Under the pieces are notes generated by a model that was given only the letters and a program-made list of their open reading frames with translations, searched no databases and was not told the origin of the DNA. The translations under genes and the position numbers were made by a program. This document shows positions 11,991-35,645 of a DNA stretch of 64,000 bases, piece by piece (the stretch's first letter is position 1; the number at the start of each line of letters is the position of its first letter). Location: assembly GCF_009914755.1 (NCBI RefSeq), contig NC_060937.1; one strand, given 5' to 3'. This stretch comes from the human T2T-CHM13v2.0 reference genome, Homo sapiens.

Positions 11991-13304
11991 TTTACGTGAG
12001 TAATGTTTGCCATATGCCTCCTGCCTGCTGCCTGACTGATCCTTCAGTACTTATCTCCATGGGTTAGCTATACTTCTGCCCTCAAATTCCAGGTCTCTGA
12101 TGGGATTGGGCCTTGGATGGGCACCAGCACACCGTGTACATTTGCTAGCCTTTTTACTCAAGACTGAACACTTTCTTCCTTCCCCTTAGGCATCGTTTGA
12201 GACCCCGCCGCCTCTCTGACTTCAAGTGTGCCCTGATGGTTAAAGCCAGCCTCTGGGTGCCAGCCCCATCCTCTGGACTGGAAGCCCTCAGATGCCCATT
12301 CGTGGGACCCTGCCCCTGGGTAACTGTTGGATTGCGTGGCTGTTCCTGCAGGGCAGTTCATTGCTGTCTTGTTCCCTGCTCCCTTGCTTCTCTGTCCTGC
12401 CCCAGTCCAGTTGCTCATCTTCTCTCTCTACCAGCCTCTGCTGCCAAAGTCCTAGCACAAAATCCTTATCTCTATGTAAGAACCCTCCCCCACCCTGGCT
12501 CCTCAAATAAAACAAAAACCTTGATCTGCCAAGGTTGATCTCAGAGGGAGGAGCTCATCTTGGTGAGGAGCTCATCTTGGTGAAGACCTCTCTGTCCTCC
12601 TCTTGTCCTGACATCTCCTCTCCTTGGGTAACCCAGCAATCACTCCTGCCCCTGGGGACTGGTCTTCAGGGCTCCATGGTGCCTTATGGGGTTTCACACC
12701 TGTGGACAACTGCTTCCCTGAGCTTCCATCAGCATCCCCGGGATAGCTGGAACCTTTATCAGGACCCAGCTAAAGGCTCAGGCAACACAACAGCGGAGGT
12801 GGCACACCCTGTCCAGAGCCCACCCGAGGTTCTCCTCTTGCTTCTGTCTTGAGCACCACCCTTCCCTTTTCCATCAGACTGCATGATCTGGTTGAGCTCC
12901 AGAACCAGGAAGAATCCACAGGTATGGGCTTCAGTAAAAAAGCTGGAGGAGGTGGAAGCTGACAGGCTGCTGGCCTGCCTAGGCCTTTTCTGGCCACCAG
13001 TCCCCCCTGCCTGGCTGGGCAAGCCATGGCTCACTTTTGTCTTGGCTTATTTTGTACTTTGCACTTAAAATGCTATCCCATTTTTTAAAAAAATGATAGT
13101 GGAAAAGGAAAAGGTAGGAATCCTGTGATTTCAGTATCTAGAAAGAATAGCAGTTATAATTAACAACCACTGAAAATACAGTTTCAGTTTAGAAAAGCCC
13201 CCAAAACCTGTTCCTTATAAATAAAAAAAGAAGCCCCCAAATATTAAAGTAATTGCTTTTCTTCTATAGTCACAGTGCCAGGTCTTGCAAGTGAAGAGTC
13301 ACTA

Positions 13305-13601
<297 letters not shown>

Positions 13602-14364
13602 AAGAGTCACTTAAACATGTATTTTTTGTTATTTATAGTACTTTTTTTAAAATCGTTAATAGTGTAAGATGATTTGAAGAGCCTGACCACACCTAAAAAT
13701 TGGGAAGTCTGCAACAGGCCACCAGGAGTACCTTTAGCTTAAAAGACTTCTCTGGGTCCTGGAAGGAAACTTTCAGACTGTCGGTCTGATCCCCTGACAC
13801 TAAAATTAAGACTTGGGCCACAAAGGAAGGAGATAAAGACCTCAGCCCCAGGAGGAAGGTATATTAAGAAGTCAGGAAATTCACCCAGCTCAGAGCCAAG
13901 GGCAGGCACTGCAGCCTGAAGGTGGGGTAAGAGAGGGGGGCTGTTATTGTGCTCTTCAGCCTCGGAGCTTCCTGTCTCAACACATGCCTGACTTGATGAT
14001 CCTCAGGCAGTGTTGTAAGACTGAAAGAGCAGACTTCCTGAAGCACCCACGAACGTTAGAACACGCAGGCAAGAGTTTAAACTGGAATTCAAGTCTGGAA
14101 TCCAGACTGGAATCCAGGTCCACTAGGGTATCCAAAGGAGCTGTCATCGTTTGCTCATGCTGGGACCTGCACTTGCACCCAGAACACCCTGACAATTTCT
14201 GTCAGACTGTTCAACTCTCACCTACCATGTATGAGTGTGGGCCCAGGTGCCCTGTGCCCAGGAAGTCTTTCCTGAGCCCTCTCGTCAACCAGACCCTTCT
14301 CTCCTCTGGAATGTACAGTTCTGAATTTTTATCTTGTACTTCTTTGTATAGAAACTGTGGGGAA

Positions 14365-14610
<246 letters not shown>

Positions 14611-14653
14611 TCATTTAACTGCTTGTTTAAAAAGCAAATATAATGGTGAATAT

Positions 14654-15101
14654 ACCAGTTAGGAATGCTTTTGGTTGCAAGTAACAGTACACCTGATTAA
14701 CTGCAACTTAAGCAATAAAGACAAAATTCAATAATCTCACATAGTAAGGGGTCTGCAGAAGGCAGTTTCAGGTTGGATAAGGCAATTTCACAATGTGATG
14801 AAATGGCCAGGCATGTCTTCCCTGTCTTCTGCCCTGCCAACTCTGATGTTGCTTTATGGTCACAAGGTGGCTTGTACAACTACATTCAAGGCAGGAGGTG
14901 GGGCAAAGAAGTCCTCTCCTTGCTGAATCCTATCTATTTATTAAGTCATAGAAAACTCTTTCAAGGAACTACCCAGGATACTCTTTATATCTCATTGGCC
15001 AGAACTAGGTCACATATCTACTGGTCCGTGTCAACCCTTAGACCAATCATTGGCAAAGGGAAGTGGAATGAGCATGACTGGCCCAATCGGGATTATCCCC
15101 C

Positions 15102-15146
<45 letters not shown>

Positions 15147-15290
15147 GCTGGGCCGGGCACTCCCTCTCCTAGAACAAAGGATCTCCTTTTCCCTCCCATC
15201 AACCTGAACAATATGGGGGGGCCTGTTAGCAGCCAAGAGGAAAAAAATTATCTTTTGTGTGCACAAAATCAGTGTCAGTCACAGTGAGTA
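14654..15290 (-). mobile_element. Old MaLR LTR (MLT1K/L-like) containing a (CA)n microsatellite at 15103-15138
   Basis: Begins with CAGTTAGGAATGCTTTTGGTTGCAAGTAACAG, typical of an antisense MLT1J-L end. Confidence 0.55.
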
Positions 15291-15940
15291 GATAGTCATT
15301 GATGAATGACACTGAAAAGCCATCAAAATTGGCCTTCCTACAACAAAGCATACATCATGTCATCGCTTTCCATGTTAAAAACTGCAGAGTATCCATATTG
15401 TGCCTATGATAGTGGGAAAAGCAGTGACCTTTGCTTGGAATCAGAAGAGTGGATTACTTACTAGCTATGTGGGCAAACCAATTTACTTTCTTGGGCCTCA
15501 GCTTCCTCATTTGTAGAAAATGAATGAGTTGGGTTTGCTTCATCCCTTTTGCTTCCAACACCCTCTGGCTTCCAAGGCTTCCTCAAATCTGGTCAGACGT
15601 CAATATTTAATCATATTTTCTATTTATTTAATCCTATCAAGAGTCTCACTTCCTTTCATCTAGTCCCTTCATTGTCCCAGAACACACCATGTTATTCATT
15701 CATTTATTCCACAGACATTCACTGAGTGACTAGACATGCTAGACACAGGATGAGAGCAATTCTTTGGGAAATGGAGCAGCAACAATTTAGAGGGACGTGG
15801 GTCACTGCATGACATACGAGAAGCTCCATACTACCTACTTCTAGATTGCTTCATGAGAGAAAATGATCTATTTTTTTGAGCCACTATTTTTTTAGTGTCT
15901 TAGCCTATATTATAACATTAAAAAGTCTCTCCTGACTACT

Positions 15941-17292
<1,352 letters not shown>

Positions 17293-18404
17293 ACCATTCC
17301 CGCCTATCTGCTTTCTTAATTCTTAAAATTAAAAGTTTATCTTGTAACCAATAACATACTATTTAAATCTTAATTTTATAATGTTTACACTTTTGTTCAA
17401 GGCTTACTAAGGGTAGAAAACATGTCTTAAACTTTTTAAGGATTTCCATTTTTAGTGTGATTTTGAAACAAAAGCTAGACAGTCCTTTAGTAGGCCTAAT
17501 AAAGAAAAGAAAAAAGACAGAGGAGACAAAAATTAACAAAGGGACCAAATCTACAGATACAGTCTGGAGTTTGTAAAAATCATTCAAAAACCTTCTGGAT
17601 TAAAGTATGCAATAATTTTGAAAATTTAGATTACATTGACAATGATTTATAAAAAAGTACAAAATTGGACTGAATAGATTCTAGATGAAAATGACAGATG
17701 GGATTTATATCAAAGAATTTCCCTGCCTTAACACATTAAAAGAAAAATCACAAAAACCAACCCCCAAATATTCATTAACAGCACACAGGCAATGATGGAA
17801 TTATACCTTAATGAAACACACCTCAAATATTAGTAGCCAAGGAACTTCTGGAGCAGAGCTGAAAAGCACAGAAAGGCTAGGCTTCTAATCCTACCCTCTG
17901 CTCCAAAACCATGCTGGTGAGTAGAAAAATCCTAAGAATTCTCATTAACGCCTCCCACTAATACCCACTGGAGAGGTATAAGCTATATAGGTGTCTTAAT
18001 CTTTTTCCTCTTCTGTCTGATGAATAGTAGCAATACAAGTGAACATATCACAAGAAAAAAAAATCCCAAATCTGAGACGGTCCTTACATGGGGATTGGGA
18101 GTCCTGGTTATGAGCATTTTAACAAAATCTCAGAGGAGGGAAAAGGTTCACATATTCTAAAACATACCACTTAGAACCACAGATAAACTCTTCCTTTCCA
18201 ACTATCCATTTTTATATTAAAATATATAGAAAATATGAAATGTTCAATCCACAAACTATAACTCGGAGGGGAAAATTTGTTTTTAAGTATAGTGGAAAAG
18301 GAGTTAAAAAAAAGTCATCCACATTGTATTACAGAAAATAGAAGGTCTGGACAGAATTGTTCAAGATGAAAAGAAACAGCATTATAACTAGGCAAAGATG
18401 CTGC

Positions 18405-18549
18405 AAGAGAGGGGAAGGAAGGAAGAGAAGGAAGGAAGGAAGGGAGAGAGGGAAGGGGGAGAAGGAAAGAAAGAAAAAGAAAGAAAGAGAGGAAGGAAAG
18501 AAGGAAAGAAGGAAGAAAAGAAAGAGAAAGAAGAAAGAAAAAAGAAAAG
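18405..18549 (+). repeat. Pure polypurine (GA-rich) tract, ~145 bp
   Basis: Only A and G from 18405 to 18549 (GGAA/GAAA units). Confidence 0.95.
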
Positions 18550-18723
18550 CAGACAGGCAAATAAGCACAAGACTGGCAAAGAACTTACAAGAAAACTTTT
18601 CTCAAATAAAAGAAGAAAATTCTTCCCAATCTCTTTACACTAGAAAGTAATTTTATAAAGGCCATTAATTTAATAAAATAAGGGCTCAAGAATGATATGA
18701 TACAGTAAATGTGACAGAGATAA

Positions 18724-19172
18724 TGTTATGGATTCACCAAATCTTGTGTCGTTTTCTTCTTCCTGGGCACACAGGCATTTTGCATTCCCTTGAATCCTAC
18801 CATCTGACCCAAAAGTGTATATTCTAGCAATAAATCTAATTGATAGGTGAACATTCCAGGCCAATTCAAGACAATGCCAGGCCAGCAAGTGTGTGTGAAT
18901 TCTTTATGCTGTCATTTCTCCTGCCTGGGCAACTTAGAAACCATCAACTCCATGTGGTATAGCGTTAAGGTTCCATGTGGGATAGCTTTACAATGCAAGT
19001 ACCCTGGACTCTGTGTTATCTCTTGGAAAGGAGCTGCTCTGGAAAGCTGTCAGCCCTCACCCAGTTTTGCATGAAAAAAAAAAACAAAACAAAACACCTC
19101 ATTGTGATAAGACACTGAAAAGTTGTGGTTAGATTTGTTACTGTATCATAACCTAGTTCATCCTGACCAATA
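18724..19172 (+). mobile_element. Old MaLR LTR (MLT1I/J-like)
   Basis: Ends TTTGTTACTGTATCATAACCTAGTTCATCCTGACCAATA, similar to the MLT1 3' terminus. Confidence 0.5.
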
Positions 19173-19269
19173 TTATGAAAAAACAGAATGAAATAAATGA
19201 GTTTGCAGACCTAAGGAAAACAACTGAATGTCCAAACCATATCATTACATAAGAGATATAGAGAACTGG

Positions 19270-24232
<4,963 letters not shown>

Positions 24233-24289
24233 TAGCCATTATAGACATACAAATTAGGAACACAAGAAATAGCACTGAAAATCCAATTA

Positions 24290-25435
<1,146 letters not shown>

Positions 25436-26578
25436 TCCTCACGCAATTAAAAAGACAGACAAAGATATTAAAGCAATTAATGAGACATTAATAGAAATGG
25501 AAAAAAAAGATTTATATATTCCAACTTAAAGACAATTGATGCCCCTAAAGCAAAGAATCTAAAAATGAAAGACGATGCTTATTTAAAATAAATAAGAAAA
25601 GACTCATAAAATTAAAACAAAAACAGACTCTGCAAATCAAGAGAACTAATGACATTCCAGGAAAATTTAATACAGTAAAATACCAAAGATATATGTATGT
25701 TAATGAAATTATTAAAATTCCAGGATAAAGAACGAATTTTTTAGCTAATCAAGCAGAAAAGCAAAGAGAAATTAGACTGGCCACAGACTTCTCCATCGCA
25801 ACCTCCAGGGGCAGAAGACAAGAACACAGTCTGCAAAACTCTAAGGGAATGAAGGACATGAAAACAGGCCAAGATGTTATTCAAGTAGAAAGGTAGAGGC
25901 AGGAATTTCTCCAACATGAAATAATTCAGGGAATGCAATGCCCATCACTATTCATGCCCATCACTCATGACAATAAAATCCAGCCAATTAAAAAAATCAA
26001 TCAAATATAAGAACTCAGGAATGAGGAGCAATGGGGAAAGGACCAAAGGTGAACATTAAATCCATTTGAAGACATAGAGACATACACCTACATACATGCT
26101 AAACATGTATGGGATGTGTAAGGAATTCTGTTGCTTAGAATGTAAATGTTATAAAACGGGCAAAGTTCAGGAGGTGAAGAGAAGTGGAAGGAAGTAAGAG
26201 ATTACTGTTTTTCTCTTCTTTTAATGGCAGGGAGTCAATTGATAATGTCCAAATTTTTTTTAAAGGTAAATAAAAATGGCTCTAATACCTTAATTTTAAA
26301 AAATTCTTGTTTTAACCTTAGAGAAAACTTAGAGAAATTAATCTTTTTGCAATTCAATTTCATTTTCTTTTTTCTTTGAATAAGTTTGAGGAAAATTAAC
26401 ATTTATAAATATTTTTCTATTTATCTAAAAATAGTATTTAAAAATATTAATCTATTCATCTATCCTATCTGCATGAATAATTGAAAATTGTGTGGATAAA
26501 TGTTGATCTAGTTACATTTTGATCTAGTATGATTATTTCCTAATAGTGGGGTTTGAAGTAACTTTAAAAAAAAATGTT

Positions 26579-26900
26579 GGCTAGGCACGTTGGCTCACAC
26601 CTGTAATCTCAGCACTTTGGGAGGCTGAGATGGGAGGATTGTTTGAAGCCAGGAGTTCAAGACCAGCCTAGGCAACATACTAAGACACTGTCTCTACAAA
26701 AAAAAAAATTTAAAAAAAGGAAAAAAAGAAAAATTAGCTAGGTATGGTGGCTCATGTCTGTAGTCCCAGCTACTCAGGAGGCTGAGGGAGGAGGATCGAT
26801 TGAGCCTGGGAAGTGGAGGTTGCAGGGAGCTGTGATAGTGCAACTGCATTCCAGCCTAAGAAACAGAGTGAGAGCCTGTCTCTAAAACGAAAACAAAAAA
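26579..26900 (+). mobile_element. AluJ
   Basis: Dimeric Alu with an expanded A-linker. Confidence 0.88.
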
Positions 26901-27169
26901 CTTCCACCTTCATACTTTTCTGCAAGTATTATCTTGACAAAATTTTTTTCCTTGAGAAAAAGCTGAACATATATATTAAAATATTTAAAATGATAATAGA
27001 AATTTAGATCTTTGTTTTTCTTTTTCAGAAATAAAACTTTAAATTTAATTAAACAATTACAACTTTTTGACTAAAAAAAGTTAGAAGCTCAAATGGATTA
27101 ATAACCATTAATGAGACCAAACTAAGATAAAAAAATTTCTTTCCTATCCATCACCCCTCCTCCAAAACC

Positions 27170-27840
27170 AACATCATTCTTCACAGAATTAGAAAAAATA
27201 ATTCTAAAATTTATATGAAACCAAAAAAAGAGCCCAAATAGCCAAAGCAATCCTAAGCCAAAAGAATACAGCAAGAAGCATCACATTACCTGGCTTCAAA
27301 TTATACTACAAGGATATAGTAGCCAAAATAGCATGGTACTGGTATTAAAAACAGACGCATAAATCAGTGGAAAAGAATAAAGAACTAAAAAATAAAGACA
27401 CATATCTACAACCAACTGATCTTTGACAAAGTCAACAAAAATATACACTGGGGAAAGGACACCCTATTCAAAAAATGGTCCTAGGAAAATTGGAGGGCCA
27501 TTTGCAGAAGAATGAATGTGGACCCATATCTCAACATATACAAACATTAATGCAAGATGGATTAGGTACTTAAATGTAAGACCTGAAAGTATGAAAATCT
27601 TAGGATAAAAACCTAGGAAAAACTCTTTAGACATTAGCCTAGACAAAGAATTTATGACTAAGCCCTCAAAAGGAAACACATAAAAAAAAGCCAAAAATAG
27701 GCAAATGGGACTTAACTAAACCAAAAAGCTTAAAAAAAACAGCAAAAGAAATAACCAACAGGGTAAATAGAAAACCTCCAGAACATGAGAAAATATTTGT
27801 AAACAATGCATCCAACAAACGCCTAATATCCAGAATCATC
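27170..27840 (+). mobile_element. L1 ORF2 fragment (L1PB/L1MA-like)
   Basis: AATAGCCAAAGCAATCCTAAG and TTCAAATTATACTACAAGG...GCATGGTACTGG are conserved L1 ORF2 motifs. Confidence 0.85.
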
Positions 27841-28141
27841 CTAATCCTAAATTACCTAACAACAAAAAAAGAATGAGATCATCTCTTTCTCATAAAAATG
27901 TTCCAGATAAGCAGAGTGAAAGCTACCCAATTTGTTTCATAAGGTTACATAACACTGATCCCAAAACCAAATAAGAAAATGGTAAGAATTAAAGATATAA
28001 ACCAATTTCACTTATGAATATTAGAAATAGATACATGCTACATGAAATTTTAGCAAATCAAATCTTATTATTCCATTTATGAACATCAGAAGCTGAAATT
28101 TTAAGTAAAATATTAGTAAGTCAAAAAGACAAAAATCCACA

Positions 28142-28437
28142 TTTTTTTTTTTTTGAGACGGAGTCTTGCTCTGTCACCCAGGCTGGAGTGGAGTGGTGCA
28201 ATCCCGGCTCACCGCAACCTCTGCCTCCCAGGTTCGAGCAATTCTTCCCGCTTCATCCTCCCAAGTAGCTGGGATTACAGGCACCCACCATTATGCCCTG
28301 CTAATTTTTGTATTTTTAGTAGAGACAGGGTTTCGCAACGTTGGCCAGGCTGTCCTGGAACTCCTGACCTCAAGTGATCTGCCCACCTCAACCTCCCGAT
28401 GTGCTGGGATTATAGGCGTGAGCCATCTTGTCTGGCC
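28142..28437 (-). mobile_element. AluS
   Basis: Full antisense Alu with poly-T. Confidence 0.9.
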
Positions 28438-28459
28438 AAAAATCACAATTTTTAAAATT

Positions 28460-29590
28460 TTTATTTTTTAATTGTAAATTGACAGATCATAGTTGTATAT
28501 ATTTATGCATCCAAAGTCATGTTATGAATTTATGAATATAGTATGAATACAATGTGGAATTATTAAATCAAGTTAATTAACATACCCATCACTTCAAACA
28601 CTTACTTTTTGTGGTAAGAACATTTGAAATTTTCTCAGTGATTTTGAAATGTACACTACATTATTTACCACATTCACTACTCTGTGCAATATATCTCAAA
28701 GAAAACAACTTGCTCTTTTCATCTACTGTGACCCTCTACCCTTTACCTTCATCTCTCCATCCTGCCTCCCGGCTGCATTCAATAACCACCATCCTACTCT
28801 CTGTCTCTTTGAGTTCAATTGTTTTTAGATCTCACATATAAGCAAGAACATGTGGTATCTGTCTTTCTGCACCTGGTTTATTTCATTTAGCACAATGTTC
28901 TCCAATTCGGTCCATCCATGTTGTCACAAAGACAACATTTCTTCCTTTTTAAAGGCTGAATAATACTCTACTGTATATATAATACCATGTTTTCTTTATC
29001 CATTCATTATTGATGGATACTTAGGCTGATTTCATAACTTGGCTATTGAGAATAGTGTTGCAATGTACATGGGGAGGAGATATCATTCCCACATGCTGAT
29101 TTCACACTTTTTGAGAAAATATCCAGCAACACGATTGCGGGATCATATGGTAGTTCTATGCTGGATCATATGTAGTTCTTTAAGGAGACTCTATATTGTT
29201 TTCCATTATGGCTGTGCTTATTTACATTCCCACCAACAGTATGCAAGGGTCTCCTTTTCTTCACATCCTCACCAACACTTATCTTTTACAATAGCCATTT
29301 TAACAGGTGTGGGGGTGCTATCCCATTGTGGTTTTCATTTGTAATTTCCCAAATGATTAGAGATGATGAACATTGTTTCACGTATCTGTTGGCCATTCGT
29401 ATGTCTTCTTTTGAGAAATGTTTGGGTTTCTTGCCCATTTTAAAATCAGATTATTTTCTTTCTATAGAGTTGTTTGAGTTCCTTATATATTTTGGATAGT
29501 AATCCCTTTTCAAATGTATGGCTTTCAAATATTTTCTCCCAATTCGTAGACGGTCTCTTTACTCTGTTAATTGTTCCTTTCTTGTGGAAA
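28460..29590 (-). mobile_element. L1MA-type 3' end
   Basis: Antisense L1 3'UTR and ORF2 end (TACATTCCCACCAACAGT, CATCCTCACCAACACTT). Confidence 0.85.
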
Positions 29591-29847
29591 AATAATCCAT
29601 TTGATGTTTCAGTCAGATTGACTGATGATTCTACTGTCTTGAACCCTTGTTAGGCTTCTTGGCATATCTACATATTGTTTGGTATCCATATGTTTTGAAA
29701 GAAAAAAGAGTAATAAAGATAATTTGAAGAATATTTCACTGTATAATAACTAAGAAAATAGAATATGTATTCTGATTTTTTAAAAAAAGAAGTTGCAATT
29801 GATTGGCTCAGAAAAACAAAATGCCAGAAAACATATTTGAATGTTTA

Positions 29848-30168
<321 letters not shown>

Positions 30169-30276
30169 TTACCATTATTTTAAAAAAGTAACATTTTTAC
30201 TAGAAATATTATCATCAACAATGCACTTGATAAGTCCCCAAGAAAGAGAAAGACATTAAGGGAAAATCCATAGGTG

Positions 30277-30470
30277 CACAGCCAGCTTCGGGGGCATGCA
30301 ACCGTTCAGTTGCACAGAACCCTGGGCTCAGAAGGGCTCCATACTTGGTTTCATGCTCTGCTGTTGCCATCTTGATATTCTTAATGCTTTTTTTTTTTTT
30401 AGAAAGGTTGGTGGGGTGGGCTCCACATGTTCATTTTGCACTGGGCCTTGCAAATCATGTAGCCGGAACT
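30277..30470 (+). mobile_element. MER91-like hAT DNA transposon fossil
   Basis: GCTCAGAAGGGCTCC...TTGGTTTCATGCTCTGCTGTTGCCATCTTGA...TTTGCACTGGGCC matches the recalled MER91A consensus. Confidence 0.6.
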
Positions 30471-31844
30471 TCACAGATGGGTAACTAAAGTGGTCAACCG
30501 GCTAGCTCTATTGGTCCGTGAAGATGGCAGACACAATGGGGATTCCTCTGGAAAGAAGATAATACGGACATGGTTCAAACCCACAAGGCTGTGAAGAGTG
30601 TCTGATCATAGATTTTTTTCTCATCATGTCCTTACCATGAAACTTGAAGGTGGGAATTTTATGACCAAGGCTACTCTGGCAGGATAGAGGCTGGAAGGCT
30701 ATTTCTCTCAAAGTATAGGCCACTGAGCAACTCAAACTATTCCCATTCTCAATATTTTAATCCCAAATTAAGCTACGAAAACTATGAAGCATTATCTTGA
30801 AGGGGAATATAAGTTATAAAAATTGATTACATGATTGTGGGAGGAGGGTACAGGCATGCCAAACCTATAGTATATATTCCTACAACACCAACACCCCTCA
30901 CCCCAAAACTCTTCTCAGCCTGGTCCTCAATGATGGGAAATGAGGCAGAGGGAGCCTAGCTTAGTGCAATTCAGCCCACGGATAGCTCTGTCAATTAACT
31001 CATCAATGCTCTGTATTGACCAGAACATCAGAGCCTTGGTCTGGAAGGTTGTATAGGCATGTTTTCAAATGCAATTTGATGTTGAAGAATATTCTGGATA
31101 ACAATGTGAACAACCGTTTATGTCCTTACCACCAAACCAGGAATTCTATAAGCACAACTTAGCAGACAATGAAAACTGAATCTCAGAGAAGTGAAGCAAT
31201 TTGTACAGGATCGTGCACAAGTAAGTGGTAGAGCAGGAACTCAAGTGCAAGTTCTTTGTCCTCTGCCACACTGTTGGTGGGCCCACAGCCCGGGCATGCT
31301 TCCCGTCTCGTGAAGCCGACACCATAAATGGTAATTGGTGTGAGACGTTCGAGCTGGGCAGACTGAGAATTAGGCACATTTTGACATTTTTATCCTCATG
31401 TGTTCTAAGCATTCGCATCCAGAAAATTATTGCCAGGAAGACACAGATGCATTCTCCATCCCAAAGAGATGCTATTGAAAGGTGTTCATGGCATTAAGTT
31501 AGGAAATAAAAATGACTTCCTGATTAGGCTGATTATCCATTCAAGAAATATAGGAGTGCCTATTGTGAGTCATTTGTCCTCCAAGATCCTTAAAACCCAG
31601 TAGGCGGTTTTTTCTCTTGAATAGTTTAGATCGAAAGTTTATCAACTATATTTCTGTGAAATTCTTGTGCCTAGGAATTACACCAAGATTTTTAGCAGAA
31701 ATTTACCAAAAATACTAAATTAATGGGACCTTTCCACTATTTTAAAATTATACGCATGTGTTGGGACAGAGGGTATATAAGAAATCTCTGTGCTTTCCAA
31801 TCAATTTTGTTGTGAACCTAAAACTGCTCCTAAAAAATAAAGTC

Positions 31845-32176
<332 letters not shown>

Positions 32177-32607
32177 TTAAGTCAACCTACAGTTTCTCAA
32201 TTCACTATTTTAAGAGTATTACAAACTTGACTCTCCACTATTTTTAGAATTCACAGAAATCTGAGGCACAATTTCTTCAGTATTTCCCAGGGTCTGTCAA
32301 AGAATTACAAGATATTACTACCATAAGTTAAAATGCTACAAAACGTCATTATGTGTTAAAAGAAAATTAGAGGGCATATGTGGGAAGTGACACAAATGAA
32401 AAGAGGAAGACATAAACCTAAAAGTGGTGAGTAATCTAGCAAGTTAAAAACTGTACCATAGTCTCACTATTTATAGAATGCACGTACCGTAACACTCAAT
32501 TCTCATTCATAACCTTTTTCCACCAACTTTGTTGAATTTGATTGCATGAGCAACAGTTACTCACCTTCTCACTCATCTTGGGAATTTTCTTTATTTTTTT
32601 CTTTCTT

Positions 32608-32855
32608 TACATTTTTATTGACAAATAATAATTGTACACATTTATGATGTACGACATGAGTTTTTCAAATACGTACCCATTGTAAAATGGTTCAATTACG
32701 CTAATTAACATATGTATTCCCTCACATACTTACTATTTGTTTGTGGTGAGAACACTTAAAATCTACTGTCTCAGCAATTGTCAAGCATACCCTGCGTTGT
32801 TACTAACTATAGACACCATGTTGTACATTAGGGCTCTTGAACTTGGTCCTCTGTC
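32608..32855 (-). mobile_element. L1MA 3' end fragment
   Basis: TTTTTATTGACAAATAATAATTGTAC...GTGGTGAGAACACTTAAAATCTACT, an antisense L1MA terminus. Confidence 0.75.
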
Positions 32856-33705
32856 AAACCTCTTGAGAATTATCCTTATGGAGATGTCTTCATTTCATAA
32901 AAACCTTTTCTAAATTTGCCTTTATGTTTTTGTCTATAAAATTAGAAGAATGTAAAAGAGTTTTTAGTTCCTGAGACAAAGCAGGCTTCAGATTCTCCAC
33001 AAGAGCTCTGAGGAGTCTTTGATGCCAAGTGGAGACCAAAATAACCAGGTAAGCGAGATGGCAGAGGAAGTGGGGGTGACTGGGATTTAGATCTCATGGG
33101 ATCCCAGAAAACCTGCACATGTGGCTTCCCAAAGGGGAGCCTGGATGACCTTGGCACCTAGAGCCATGAGGCAAGGAAGCTTAGGATCCCATCTCCATCA
33201 CTGGCCAGTTGGGTTATCTCAGCAAGAGACACAACTTCATGAGCTTCAGTCTCCTCATTTGCAACACAGGGATAAAAACAGTGCATCTCTCACAGGGTGA
33301 CAGGAAGGAAAAGGCATGCAGGTGCTCAATGCGATGAGCAAGTTGTAAACGGATGGTACTTATAGTCATTAGGATGCTCCCGTTACAATGTTGCATCTGT
33401 CAACTCACTGCTTGTATCTCTTCATGGTTTAAATTTTCAAAAGACTGAATCTTGCTGGTTCAGTCAAGTCTGTGAATTGGTTTGCCCTAGGTGGGATGAG
33501 GTGTGTGTGTTTGTGTGTGTGTGTGCACGCACACACTCAGAGGGGTATACCAGAATATCAGATATCTGAACATGAACTCTAGTATCAAATAGCAAATCGT
33601 TAAAAAACATGGCCAAAATATAAAATCTTCTGATTGGCAAGAAGACAACTGTGGTGCCCATGTTGCTGCCTGCATGTGCTGTTTCTCCCTCTTTGTTCAG
33701 GGCCA

Positions 33706-34088
33706 TTGGGAGGCATAACGCACTGAATGTCTATGTCTCCCCCAAAATTCATATGTTCAAACCCTAATCTCAATGTGATGGTAGTAAGAGGAGGCACCTT
33801 TGGGGGATAATTAGGGCATGAGGGTGGAGCTCTCACGTATAGGACTGTGCATTTGTAAGAAGTGGCCAGAGAGCTCCCTTGCTGTCTTTTCTCCTGGTGA
33901 GGACATACCCAGGAGGCAGTCATCTGCAAGCCAGGAAGAGAGCCCTTAGCAGAACCTGACCATGCTGACCCCCTGATCTGAGACATCCACCTCTGCAACT
34001 GTGAGAAATAAATATTTGTTGTTTAATCCTTAGCCTATGGTGTTTAGTCTATGGTGTTTTTTTATAGAAGCCCAAGCCGACTAAGACA
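33706..34088 (+). mobile_element. MaLR solo LTR (MLT1A/MSTD-like)
   Basis: CCCCCAAAATTCATATGTT...GCAAGCCAGGAAGAGAGCCC...AGAAATAAAT...CTAAGACA. Confidence 0.8.
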
Positions 34089-34552
34089 GGATGGAAACAA
34101 AGAGGGCAAGAGAGAGACAAGGAAGCCATATATATGTGTGTGTGTATATATATATAGCTCCCGCTACACTGGTGGAGGACAGCCTTTCTGTTATAATGTT
34201 CCAGAGCTTATACAGAGGAGAGTCTGGTGGAGAATGATGCAGGACTGAAAACCAAAGCCAAGAGGGGTTTGAGATGTGTGAGAAAGGTGTTTTCAACTCA
34301 AATATATACATGGAAACAGAGACTGAAAACAGCTACAGATTGGTGACAAGGTAACTGAATTGTATTTATTACTATATCTTTTCCAGATGTTTTATTTAAT
34401 TAAATCATGTTTTAAGTAATTAAATCAGTATAAACTAATTTACAGACCCTAAACTAATTAGGACAGGGTAGAGCTATTCAGAAGTTTAAACAAAATATTA
34501 TAAGACATTGCCAGTAGGAAGTCAACATATTACTCTTTAATATTCAAGTTTA

Positions 34553-35645
<1,093 letters not shown>

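Noticed and set aside
18315-18650. Lys/Arg/Glu-rich and Phe/Leu/Ser-rich ORFs
   Set aside because: Translations of the polypurine simple repeat.
27170-29590. Opposed L1 fragments as a possible twin-priming inversion
   Set aside because: The two pieces overlap in L1 coordinates and differ in sequence, so they are independent insertions.
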